The notes under the pieces were generated by a model. That model did not search any database. It had not been told where the DNA came from and saw nothing but the letters and a program-made list of their open reading frames with translations. Below, piece by piece: positions 7,759-17,283 of a stretch of DNA of 23,698 bases. The translations under genes and the position numbers were made by a program. How positions within the stretch are numbered: the stretch's first letter is position 1; every line of letters starts with the position of its first letter. Source of the stretch: an uncultured Verrucomicrobiales bacterium (lineage in GTDB: Bacteria; Verrucomicrobiota; Verrucomicrobiia; Verrucomicrobiales; DEV007); NCBI GenBank assembly GCA_938091905.1, contig CALKOM010000201.1, positions 1-23,698 on the forward strand, read 5' to 3'.

Positions 7759-7789
7759 ATCACCATGAACCTAGCCCCCCTCACCGATC

Positions 7790-10700
7790 ATGGATCCTCG
7801 CCGAGTTCTCCCCCTCGCACTTCTACTATCCCTCGCATTCTATCTTCTGACGCTCCCTAAGGACGGAGATCTTCCCCCAGGGAAGCCTCCGGAGATTGTT
7901 TTTGCGGAACCCCGGGTATTAGTTCGAAAGAACACTATAGCGGAAGATTCGTCTCAAATCACCACGATCCGCGAAAGTCTTTCCCGAGGAGTGCCGCTCA
8001 CACTATCGCTTCAAGATCACCCCAGCCAAAGCTTCGTCTTTCGATCTCGTCGAAGCCTCGCGGATAATTTCGGCATTCGATTAGGACTAGCAGATTCCCT
8101 TGAGCTTACGCCTCAAGTCTTCGAAGGACTTCCCCTTAATCCAGAATCGGCGGGTACGATCGCAAGCTTGGTGCTCGCTGGGAATTCACTCGCAGCGGTA
8201 TTGCGTCAAGTTGATGGTACGACTACTTACTTACGAACAAATCCAACCACAGGAGCGTGGGAGGCCCAAGTAGAATCGCCTAACGACATCCAAGCCCTCT
8301 GCGAGGCCGACATCAACACGGGGACCTACAAGATGAGTAGCGATGACCCTTTAGCAGATGGTGAAGCCTTTTGGGAAGATGCGATCTCTGCACAGATAGC
8401 ACCCGAGAGAGCTGGGCTCACTGGCATTGATCCCGCCACCAACCAGCTGGATAAATACATCGACCCAATCGCTCGTGCTACCCGCTACGACGCCTCGCTC
8501 AAGGTTGCAATGCTCTTACTTGTACTAGACAAGCAAGCCACCGGCAGCGATTCCGTTAGCAATCTCACGTCCAAAGCCTCCATTCATCTGGCGACCGTGT
8601 CCAACGTTGCTGCTGCCTATGAAAATCAGTTAGGTGTACGCTTGCTCATCCAAGAAATGATCATGATTCCGGACGCAGGCAACTACATCGATATCCCTGC
8701 GGATGGTGACGATGCGATCTCTGATTTCCGCACCTGGATGCAGCGCAATCGCCTCAATTCTACCTACCGCTGGTCCGTTGCGATGAAATTCGGCAGCGGT
8801 CTCAGCGGAACCACGCTGGGGGTAGCATTCGTCGATGCCGTGCGAAACAATAGTGCGGTAGGGATTTGCCGCGCGTCGGCCCGATGGGACGTGCTAGCCC
8901 ATGAAATGGGGCACAACCTGGGCTCCAATCACAGTTCGGGCGGCCTCATGAACTCAACCACCACGAATAATCACAACCGATCATTCTTCACCGATGTAAG
9001 TCCCGGTGAAACTTCCGCTAAAGACATCTATGATTACGCTAGAAGACGATTACTTGGAGCCGCCATCATGCGTCATCCCGAAGAGATTCCCTTTGCCAAT
9101 CGCGATAACGAAAGAACTTCACTCAACACATCCGTTCTGATTTCGCCATTAGAAAATGACAACGCTCAGGTTCGCAACGGGCAAGCAAACGCACTGGCAT
9201 TAGACGAAGTAAGTATGGTTACTCCGTTCGGAGCTGGAACCGTCGAGATTCTCGGCAACGACGTTCGGTTCAATCCTTCTACTGATTTCCAAGGCACCGT
9301 CTGGTTCAGCTACAGTTTACGGGGCAATGTTGGCAATAACGGTGAAGGCTGGCTCCATAAAGGCGATGTAGCGATTGAAGTTGGCTCCATTCCAAACAAC
9401 ACGCTAGTAACGCTCGCTCCAGGCTCCTCCTACTCCTTCCTTCCTAGCACTGGCACTAGCAGCCTCTCCCAACCTAATCAAGCCCAGGTTTCCCAATCTC
9501 GCGACGACGACGGCCTTCTCGTCCTTCGCGTTGATTCAAACGCTTCTGGACTTGATTCATTCCGGGCTGGCGGCCGGACGTATACCTTGGACTACAGCGC
9601 TCCAAGCCCCCAGGTAAACAACGACCACTTCGTTTACGATTTCGCCAGTAATGGCCTCACATTCAATCCGCTGCTCAACGATCAAGGCGCCGGCGAAGCC
9701 TGGGTAAATCCAATCAAACCTACCATCGGTGTGGGCACGCTCGATCACGATGCAAGCGGCGATGCTCTATTCCCCACGACCTTCCGGCTCATAAGTGCCA
9801 CGAACCGCACCCCTGATAAAGGTACGCTCACCACTCGTACACTCCCTTTCACCGTTGACGGACAACGGACTAATACCCTGGATAGCACACTCACCTTTGC
9901 CGCCACACGAGGTTCCTCGGGATCGGCGTTCATTGACTACGTCGCCGAAGATGCAGCCGGCCACCAGGCCTCAGGCGAAGTAGAAATCGTTCTCCCTTTC
10001 CGTGTCGACACACTACTCCAGGAAGGTGACATCGCTCGATACCTGCTTCCCGCAGACGGAACCACCGATTCCACTTGGATGCTTCCTGAGTTTGATGCCA
10101 GCTCATGGGCGTCCGGAAACACAGGACTTGGCTACGACACCAGAACAGACTTTTTATCATCGATCGAAACGACCCTGACAAACTTCCAGGGAACCAGTAC
10201 GTCCATCTTTGTTCGTCTACCGTTCACGGCCAATTCCTCCGCTCAGTATACTCAACTCGCACTTAAAATGAAGATCGATGACGGCTTTGTCGCCTACCTC
10301 AATGGAGAGGAAGTCGCACGGTCAAGTAACGTCATCGGGACTTCCCCATTACCCTGGAATACGGAAACCACGCAAAGCACAAATGATAGTCAGGCACTTA
10401 CTTTCGCCGTATTCGACTTGACCGAAAACGCCTCGCTTCTCCGAGAAGGTCAAAATGTACTCGCCATCCACGGCATCAATGCCTCATTGGCAAGCTCGGA
10501 CTTTCTACTCGTCCCTGAACTCGAAGCAAGCGTCACGGAAAGCGGGCTGAATCTCGTCTCTCCAACCTCGAATGAGATCCAGCTCCCAATTGACACCAAC
10601 CTGATTCTTCGAACGCAAGCAACGGGTGCAGTCGCTGGCGACATCACTACCTGGCGAGTTCTAACGGGAAACTCGGAAACAGTTCAGATCACACCTAGCA

Positions 10701-12325
10701 CAGCCACGCTCAGCACAGCGTTGATCACCTCTCCCGGAAACTACATTCTGGAGGCCTCAACGACAACCGACGGCCTATCAGAAACTATTCAGATCGCAAT
10801 CACCGCCATCGCAGAGGCTACTAACGATAGCGCAGCCGCTGTCGATGCAGGTTCCCCCATATCCCTCACTAACTACGTCACACGTACCACTGCCTCATCG
10901 CCGGGTCCTGATTTTGAGAGGGCCCAATGGACCCAGCTCACCGGCCCTTCAGCAGCAATATTCTCATCGCCCAATTCTTTGGATACCACTGTGGCGTTCC
11001 CCAAAACCGGGTCCTACACCTTACGTGCCATGATTACTCGTAAGGGCGTCGAAACCTTCGATGACGTTACCGTCAATGTTGCACCGTCCCCAGATGCCCT
11101 TTCCGCACTGACGACGCCCGCGATCTCGGTGGCCCCAACCTCTGCACTCCTAAAGCTGGTCACACTGTTTTCCGAGGGTCCAGTGGAAGCCACGCTCTAT
11201 CTTGGTACGACGGATGCGCAAACCAACCAAAGCAAGTGGCTGCGGACCATACCCATAGGAACGGTGCTATCGGGATCCTTTGAAATTGAACCAAGCAATC
11301 TTCTTTTCGAAACGGAGTATGTCTACCGCCTGAGACTTCAACGCAACGAATCCATCGTCTGGTCGGAGCCAGGAAAGTTCACCACCGCAGAATCCACGTT
11401 GATCCCCACGACTCTTATAGATGCGGACTCTCCAGCAAGGTTCATCGTCCCGTTTGACAATGTGTTCGGCCAAACATGGAGTATTCAAGGCTTCGACGAC
11501 TCGACATGGACTCCTGGATCTGCCGGCGTCGGCTTCGATTTGGATACCGAGTTTGATCCATGGATCATCACCGACGTCCAAGCAGAAATGTATGAACAAG
11601 CAACGTCCGTTTATACTCGAATTCCGTTCCAGTTGAGCGAAACCGCTACAATCGAATCGCTCGCTCTCCAGATGCGCTACGACGACGCCTTCGTCGCCTA
11701 TTTGAACGGCGTAGAAATTGTGCGCAGCGCCACAGCGCCACAGAATGTCACGCTAACATCCTTCACATCGGCTGCGATACTAAGAGAAGATAGCGAGGCG
11801 GTAGAGCCCGAAGCCTACGACCTAAGCGAACATATTGGTCTTCTTCAACACGGTGAAAATGTGCTCGCTATCCATGGACTCAACTTCATTCCAAAGAATA
11901 GGGATTTGCTCATTTCGCCCCAACTTAGCATCGAGCGGCGGAAAACTTATTATCAATTCTGGCTCGAGGACTTTCCCCTTTCAGAAGGAGATCAATCCAT
12001 CCTGGCCGATCCTGACGGCGACGGTGTCGATAACCTTCAGGAGTATGCCTTCGGCACCGACCCCACAACGGCTGAACAAGATCGGCCTGGGCTGACCGCG
12101 CTCTCTTCAGATCTAAGTTTCATCTACAATCGTCGTCTTGATGCAATTGCGAGAGGAATTAGCTTCACGCTTGAGCAGAGCCTCGATCTCAGCCATTGGA
12201 AAGCGGTCAACGACCTTTCCGAAGAGGTGGGTTCATCATCGAAAACGGAGACGGTGCGCCTCGATTTGCCGCCCATCACCAATGAATCGCTAGGATTCTG
12301 GAGACTCCGTGTCTCTCTCCAATGA
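7790..12325 (+). CDS. Secreted/anchored multidomain metzincin metallopeptidase (reprolysin/M12B-like)
   Basis: N-terminal hydrophobic segment. HEMGHNLGSNH at 8900-8932 with a GLM Met-turn. Cadherin/Ig-like repeats (NPLLND, FSYSL, IDYVAED), two copies of a DD(G/A)FVAYLNGxE beta-sandwich domain, a PKD-like WTQLTGP domain and a C-terminal DPDGDG...YAFGTDP domain. Confidence 0.9.
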   Translation: MDPRRVLPLALLLSLAFYLLTLPKDGDLPPGKPPEIVFAEPRVLVRKNTIAEDSSQITTIRESLSRGVPLTLSLQDHPSQSFVFRSRRSLADNFGIRLGLADSLELTPQVFEGLPLNPESAGTIASLVLAGNSLAAVLRQVDGTTTYLRTNPTTGAWEAQVESPNDIQALCEADINTGTYKMSSDDPLADGEAFWEDAISAQIAPERAGLTGIDPATNQLDKYIDPIARATRYDASLKVAMLLLVLDKQATGSDSVSNLTSKASIHLATVSNVAAAYENQLGVRLLIQEMIMIPDAGNYIDIPADGDDAISDFRTWMQRNRLNSTYRWSVAMKFGSGLSGTTLGVAFVDAVRNNSAVGICRASARWDVLAHEMGHNLGSNHSSGGLMNSTTTNNHNRSFFTDVSPGETSAKDIYDYARRRLLGAAIMRHPEEIPFANRDNERTSLNTSVLISPLENDNAQVRNGQANALALDEVSMVTPFGAGTVEILGNDVRFNPSTDFQGTVWFSYSLRGNVGNNGEGWLHKGDVAIEVGSIPNNTLVTLAPGSSYSFLPSTGTSSLSQPNQAQVSQSRDDDGLLVLRVDSNASGLDSFRAGGRTYTLDYSAPSPQVNNDHFVYDFASNGLTFNPLLNDQGAGEAWVNPIKPTIGVGTLDHDASGDALFPTTFRLISATNRTPDKGTLTTRTLPFTVDGQRTNTLDSTLTFAATRGSSGSAFIDYVAEDAAGHQASGEVEIVLPFRVDTLLQEGDIARYLLPADGTTDSTWMLPEFDASSWASGNTGLGYDTRTDFLSSIETTLTNFQGTSTSIFVRLPFTANSSAQYTQLALKMKIDDGFVAYLNGEEVARSSNVIGTSPLPWNTETTQSTNDSQALTFAVFDLTENASLLREGQNVLAIHGINASLASSDFLLVPELEASVTESGLNLVSPTSNEIQLPIDTNLILRTQATGAVAGDITTWRVLTGNSETVQITPSTATLSTALITSPGNYILEASTTTDGLSETIQIAITAIAEATNDSAAAVDAGSPISLTNYVTRTTASSPGPDFERAQWTQLTGPSAAIFSSPNSLDTTVAFPKTGSYTLRAMITRKGVETFDDVTVNVAPSPDALSALTTPAISVAPTSALLKLVTLFSEGPVEATLYLGTTDAQTNQSKWLRTIPIGTVLSGSFEIEPSNLLFETEYVYRLRLQRNESIVWSEPGKFTTAESTLIPTTLIDADSPARFIVPFDNVFGQTWSIQGFDDSTWTPGSAGVGFDLDTEFDPWIITDVQAEMYEQATSVYTRIPFQLSETATIESLALQMRYDDAFVAYLNGVEIVRSATAPQNVTLTSFTSAAILREDSEAVEPEAYDLSEHIGLLQHGENVLAIHGLNFIPKNRDLLISPQLSIERRKTYYQFWLEDFPLSEGDQSILADPDGDGVDNLQEYAFGTDPTTAEQDRPGLTALSSDLSFIYNRRLDAIARGISFTLEQSLDLSHWKAVNDLSEEVGSSSKTETVRLDLPPITNESLGFWRLRVSLQ

Positions 12326-14080
12326 ACCACGGTGGAATTTTAAGAAACGGGCTAGCCCCTCGTCACCGAAGTAGCGCCTGAGGATACGGGGCGAAGCCGT
12401 TCGCAAATCGGCCACCACCAACCCATCGAGCACGTTGGAGAAGGAATCGTCTACGCTGAAGCTTAGGAGCAGCGCATTCATCTTAAGATACTGCTTAAAA
12501 AGCACTGGCACGCCCTTGCCATCTTGCTCGAACTCTGACATTAAAGCCGAAACGTCGTCCACACTTTGGATGCAATCGCTGATCAAGCTCTTCTGTCGGG
12601 ATAACGAGTCATCTTCTTCAAAAGGACGGTGAGCCCGGACCAGCCTCGACAAGATCGGGTGCCGATGAGAACGCTTGAAAAACCACACGAGAAGCTGCTT
12701 CGAAAGAGACGTGTAATCCTGACTCATACTCACCGGACCAAACAAAGTGTGGTAGTGTGGGTTCTTGCTAACAAACGCACATATCCCACACCATAGAAGC
12801 ATCAGGGAGTGACGCTGTTTCTGATGCCGCTTCACGATAAACGACCGCCCCAGCTCAACCGAACCACCCAAACGTTTGAGAAATCCTGGCTTGAACTTGT
12901 AGAGTGTCGCCGTGTAGAGGCCTGAGATACCATGCTTCTCTAGCACTCGGTCCACTCGGGCCATCCGATAGGCACCGACGATCGCATCTTCGTCAGGTGA
13001 CCAGAGAAGAAGGTGCTCGTAGTGGTCATCGAAGGCATCCAGATCCGACGACTTTCCCGTTCCCTCGCCAACACTACGAAAGGTAACCTCCCGTAGTCGA
13101 CCAATCTCCTTCAACAGCGATGGGCCTTGTTCTCGCCGAATAAGATAAACTTCAAATCCCTGCTTCGTGAGAATCTTTGCTTCCCTCGGTAGGGCAGCAA
13201 TTTCTTGAGCTAGAACCTCGGGATCGATTGCAGGATCTACCGGCAACATCTCCGCGTCAGACGACTGTACCACCTCTTCTACGCAGGATTCCTTTAGCAA
13301 GTATGTGGACGCCCGCACAAACGATGTTAGGCGCTCTTTCGTTTCAAATCGGAGCAATTGCCTTTGGGCAATCCTTCTCCCGACAGTTATCTTAATAGAG
13401 CGTCCACGCTTGTTAAGCAACTCTCTAGGCAACAGCGCCGTACGTAGCATCGGATGAATCAAGCCAGCCAATTGAAACCCCCACCCGTTGCGTCCATGAA
13501 AATATACTGGCAAAACCGGAACAGCTGCCCTTTGAATCAGTGCAGCAATGTGCATACTCCACTCCGGGTCAGTTACGGACGCCTGACCCATCTGCCAGTG
13601 AGACACAGTGCCCGATGGGAAGACACCCAAGACACCGCCGCCACGTAAGTGTTGCAACGCTTGGCGCATAGCCTTGATGTTAGACTTCGCAGAATGCTCA
13701 CGTGCAAACGGATCTACGGTAAGAATGCCATCAGCAACTTCAGGAACGCGCTGCAGAAGGTAATTTGCCATGACGAGTGCATCCGGACGCACCTGCCGAA
13801 GCATGTGAAGGAAGAGAATCGCTTCCACACCTCCAAAGGGGTGATTTGCGACAACGATACACGGCCCTTGGACAATCGCCTGCAAGTTCTCGTGGCCCTG
13901 TATTTCCTCTTGAATCCCCAACTCATCAAGACAGCTGCGGAGAAATCCCGGTGGCCCCACCCCAGCCTGCGCTCGAGTGTAGCAGGCATTGATGTCGTCG
14001 AAACCTAATAGCCGCTCAACCGTCGAGCCCAATACCCCTCGCAGCTTTGGGGAAAGTTCAGCAACGTCGATTAGTTTCAT
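12290..14080 (-). CDS. olsF: PlsC-type acyltransferase + GNAT N-acyltransferase fusion (OlsF-like aminolipid synthase)
   Basis: N-domain has NHPFGGVE, FPSG and PVLPVYF. C-domain has EIGRLREVTFR..GEGTG...DLDAFD, VGAYR, VELGRSF, LFGPVS and VPVLFKQYL. RBS AAGGAGGT lies upstream. The fusion is clear; the olsF name is inferred from architecture. Confidence 0.8.
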   Translation of the reverse strand: MKLIDVAELSPKLRGVLGSTVERLLGFDDINACYTRAQAGVGPPGFLRSCLDELGIQEEIQGHENLQAIVQGPCIVVANHPFGGVEAILFLHMLRQVRPDALVMANYLLQRVPEVADGILTVDPFAREHSAKSNIKAMRQALQHLRGGGVLGVFPSGTVSHWQMGQASVTDPEWSMHIAALIQRAAVPVLPVYFHGRNGWGFQLAGLIHPMLRTALLPRELLNKRGRSIKITVGRRIAQRQLLRFETKERLTSFVRASTYLLKESCVEEVVQSSDAEMLPVDPAIDPEVLAQEIAALPREAKILTKQGFEVYLIRREQGPSLLKEIGRLREVTFRSVGEGTGKSSDLDAFDDHYEHLLLWSPDEDAIVGAYRMARVDRVLEKHGISGLYTATLYKFKPGFLKRLGGSVELGRSFIVKRHQKQRHSLMLLWCGICAFVSKNPHYHTLFGPVSMSQDYTSLSKQLLVWFFKRSHRHPILSRLVRAHRPFEEDDSLSRQKSLISDCIQSVDDVSALMSEFEQDGKGVPVLFKQYLKMNALLLSFSVDDSFSNVLDGLVVADLRTASPRILRRYFGDEGLARFLKFHRGSLERDTESPES

Positions 14081-14197
14081 GGTTCGCAGAGACCTCCTTG
14101 AGCCTGAGGAGAGTAACGAGGCAGGATTCTATTCCCAAGTAGAAAGCGGAGGGAAAGTCCCGTTGACAGAGCGAGCGATTCTTTGCAGTTAGTGCCC

Positions 14198-14647
14198 ATG
14201 TCTCAACAACTTCTTCGCGATCCCTTTTACGGACAGATTATCGCTTCTATCGCCGTCACCGTGGCACTGGCCGACAAGGACGCCAACGAGGCAGGCCAAC
14301 AATTCACTGATTCACAGGTCAAGGCAGTGGTGCATCGCGTGATCCAGAAGTTAGAAGGGAAGCCTCCTAAGCAAAAGGAGCCAACATCTGAAAAAGAACG
14401 CCGCCAAGCAGGGCTCTATCAAGATCTTGTGAAGCTACGAGGCACGATCATCGTCACCCACCGCGAAACTGGCGAGAAAGGCCCCCTTTCGCCAACCATG
14501 TATCTTCGAGCCATGCGCGCGGCCAAGGACACTATCCTACAGCGCAAGACAGGCCAACCCGGCGAACGCGGTTATTTGGAATATGCCAAGGCGACGCTCG
14601 ATCGCGTTGAAGCCCAACCAAACGAAGAAGAAGAGTCGGCATCCTAG
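14198..14647 (+). CDS. Hypothetical protein (149 aa)
   Basis: Fills the gap between olsF-like and cca. TTGACA at 14163 upstream. Stop overlaps the cca stop by 4 nt. ATG at 14198 preferred over TTG at 14183. Confidence 0.75.
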   Translation: MSQQLLRDPFYGQIIASIAVTVALADKDANEAGQQFTDSQVKAVVHRVIQKLEGKPPKQKEPTSEKERRQAGLYQDLVKLRGTIIVTHRETGEKGPLSPTMYLRAMRAAKDTILQRKTGQPGERGYLEYAKATLDRVEAQPNEEEESAS

Positions 14648-15987
14648 TCAACTTGTGCGGCAAGGAAGCCCTCGCCTTCTGACTTCACCCACGCCAGCGC
14701 ATCTTCAGACGTCTTTAGTGTACCCTCTAGCTGACGGGTCTGGATTTCTCGCAACAGTTGACCCAATGGCGGACCCGCTTCCCATCCCAACGCCATCAGA
14801 TCATGGCCCCCTACCAACGGCGCTGGAATCAGCGGCTCGTTAGCGAACTCCTCTGCTTTCTCTTTGAGAAACGTGTGATTGTCCAGCATGCCATGACTAC
14901 TGCCGCAGTCTACACGATGCAGCTCTAGCTCATCGGCAAACGTGTGACGTGCCATGAAACGCTTGAGCTTTGCCACACGCATCTTCTGGACGTCTTTGAA
15001 GACCATGTGATTGGCCACCGCAACTACGGTATCTTCAATCACTTCGTTGGAATAGCGAAGTCGACGCAAGATCGACTCGGTCATGTCCGCCCCCACACGG
15101 TCATGACCATTAAAACGAATCCGATCGTTTAACTTGTCAAAGCTATAGGTCACCGGCTTACCGATGTCATGGAAGAGAACTGAGAGAACCAGCGGAAGTG
15201 AGGCTTCATCTGGCAACATATCCAACATGATCCGAGTGTGTACAAAAACGTCGCCTTCAGGATGCCATTGCGGCGGTTGCTCGCAGCCTTGCAACTTGAG
15301 AATCTCGGGAAAGATGGCCAGCATAAGCCCTGATTTGACTAACAAATCAAACCCAAGGACACGGTTCGGATGCACCCAGATACGATCCAACTCATCGCGG
15401 ATTCTCTCCGGACTGATACGTGAAATATCTGGCGCAAAGGCCTCAAGCGCTTCCCATGTTTCCTCGGCTATCTCGAATTCGAATCGAGTCGCAAAGCGAA
15501 CCGCTCGGAGAAGCCTTAGGTGATCTTCTGCAAAGCGCTCTTGAGCGTTGCCAATGGCTCTAAGAGTCCTTACCTCCAAATCTTTCTGCCCTCCGACAAA
15601 GTCGAGGAGCTTGTCCGTGATCGGATCGTAGAAGAGCCCGTTAATCGTGAAATCTCTTCGTGAGGCATCTTCGTCAATCGTGGCAAAGGTGACAGACTCC
15701 GGCTTGCGACCGTCTGCATACGAACCATCAGTACGGAACGTGGCGATCTCGATGGCGCACCCTTGCACTTTAACCAAGACGACGCCAAAGTGCGCTCCAA
15801 CCGTGACCGCATTTGGAAAGAACTGAATCACCTCGTGAGGAGTCGCTGACGTGGCCACATCGTAGTCTTTAGGAGTCAGCCCGAGCAGTTGATCCCGCAC
15901 GCACCCACCAGCGAAGACGGCTTGGTAGCCTTCGTCTTGTAATTTCTGCACCACCTGGAAGGCAGCTGTTCTCATCTCTGAACCCAT
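14644..15987 (-). CDS. cca: CCA tRNA nucleotidyltransferase with HD domain
   Basis: GGCVRD...DYD, EIATFR, RRDFTIN and EDHLRLLRAVRF class II motifs; HPEGDVFVHT...HDIGKP HD domain. Confidence 0.95.
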   Translation of the reverse strand: MGSEMRTAAFQVVQKLQDEGYQAVFAGGCVRDQLLGLTPKDYDVATSATPHEVIQFFPNAVTVGAHFGVVLVKVQGCAIEIATFRTDGSYADGRKPESVTFATIDEDASRRDFTINGLFYDPITDKLLDFVGGQKDLEVRTLRAIGNAQERFAEDHLRLLRAVRFATRFEFEIAEETWEALEAFAPDISRISPERIRDELDRIWVHPNRVLGFDLLVKSGLMLAIFPEILKLQGCEQPPQWHPEGDVFVHTRIMLDMLPDEASLPLVLSVLFHDIGKPVTYSFDKLNDRIRFNGHDRVGADMTESILRRLRYSNEVIEDTVVAVANHMVFKDVQKMRVAKLKRFMARHTFADELELHRVDCGSSHGMLDNHTFLKEKAEEFANEPLIPAPLVGGHDLMALGWEAGPPLGQLLREIQTRQLEGTLKTSEDALAWVKSEGEGFLAAQVD

Positions 15988-16103
15988 TATCTGAATCGCT
16001 TCTCAACTAGACACAGCGAGACTTGCTCGATAGTCAACCTTCATTGACAAAGTCCTGACCGAAGATCACTTACCCATGCTAGCTGCTCCTGCAACCCGCT
16101 CTT

Positions 16104-17231
16104 ATGCCCCCACATCATCTTCTTTCAATCTTCCTCACAGTGACCGCTGGTGTGTTAGGTGCCTGTATCGGCAGCTTTCTCAACGTTGTCATCTACAGAT
16201 TGCCTCGGGAAGACTGTCAGGTGCACAAACCTACGCGCTCCTTCTGCCCCAACTGTAAGGACCAAATTCCTTGGTATCTGAACATCCCTGTATTCAGCTG
16301 GCTGTTCCTCCTCGGGAAATGTAGACACTGCAAACAGCCCATCAGTTGGCGTTATCCCGGCATTGAATTGCTCACTGCCGTCTTCTTTGTCTGGATCTGG
16401 GTGACCTTTGGCGGTATGACCACGTGGCCCATTGCCGTGGCCTATTGGGTCATGATCTGTATCTTCATTTCGGCAACGTTCATCGACTTCGAACTGATGA
16501 TCATTCCTGACGAACTCACCATTGGCGGTACAGTCGTCGGAATCCTCGCCACGGCAGCAGTTCCGACGCTGATGGGTCCAGAGTTCGCCGATCGCCACTT
16601 CCACGCAATCGGCTGGTCAATTTTTGGAGCGTTTGTTGGTTATGGTTTGCTTTGGGCTGTCATTTCCATGGGCAAGCTAGCTTTCGGTCGCCGGGCGATC
16701 TCTTTTGATGGTCAACAAGAGTGGATCATCACTGAGCACGAAGGCGAACCCAATCCTATCTTGGAAATTGGCGAGAAAGAACGCATTCCGTTAGACGATA
16801 TCTTCTCTCGAGCGTCCGACCGGCTGCGTTTTTCTGATGGCGAGATTGCCATGGATCACGGAGAAGCGATCTCTTTCGAGAAATTGGTATTTCACTACGA
16901 CCATTTCTTTGTCGATGAACAGCGCTTCGAATTTCAAAGTGTAAAACACCTTAAAGGCAACGCCTCATCTGTCGTCATGTCACGGGAAGCGATGGGCTTT
17001 GGCGATGCCAAGTTCGAAGCGTGCATCGGAGCCTTTCTGGGATGGCAAGCTGTGCCGTTCAGCCTCTTTGCCGGATCGCTATTAGGCTGCGTCGTCTGGA
17101 TGCTTGGCAAACTCTTACGCAAAGACGCCGCACGGCAGCTCCCCTTTGGCCCATACTTGGCTGGTGGAGCAATTATCTGGCTTTTCTGGGGCCAGGAAAT
17201 CATTCAGTGGTATATGGGCCTTCTCCGGTAG
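16104..17231 (+). CDS. pilD: A24 prepilin peptidase / N-methyltransferase
   Basis: GSFLNVVIYRLP, CPNC/CRHC zinc site, catalytic Asp motifs FIDFE and MGFGDAK, and LPFGPYL. Contains a ~100-aa internal insertion. Confidence 0.93.
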   Translation: MPPHHLLSIFLTVTAGVLGACIGSFLNVVIYRLPREDCQVHKPTRSFCPNCKDQIPWYLNIPVFSWLFLLGKCRHCKQPISWRYPGIELLTAVFFVWIWVTFGGMTTWPIAVAYWVMICIFISATFIDFELMIIPDELTIGGTVVGILATAAVPTLMGPEFADRHFHAIGWSIFGAFVGYGLLWAVISMGKLAFGRRAISFDGQQEWIITEHEGEPNPILEIGEKERIPLDDIFSRASDRLRFSDGEIAMDHGEAISFEKLVFHYDHFFVDEQRFEFQSVKHLKGNASSVVMSREAMGFGDAKFEACIGAFLGWQAVPFSLFAGSLLGCVVWMLGKLLRKDAARQLPFGPYLAGGAIIWLFWGQEIIQWYMGLLR

Positions 17232-17283
17232 GCACTTTGTCTTAAAGGAGCCTACCGCGGCATGTCAATCGTATCTCTCTGTG

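Noticed and set aside
12290..12325. 36-bp convergent overlap of the metallopeptidase and olsF-like genes
   Set aside because: Short tail-to-tail overlaps are common; no further signal.
17104..17283. Long N-terminal extension of the lipocalin ORF overlapping pilD
   Set aside because: ATG at 17284 gives a clean signal peptide with no overlap.
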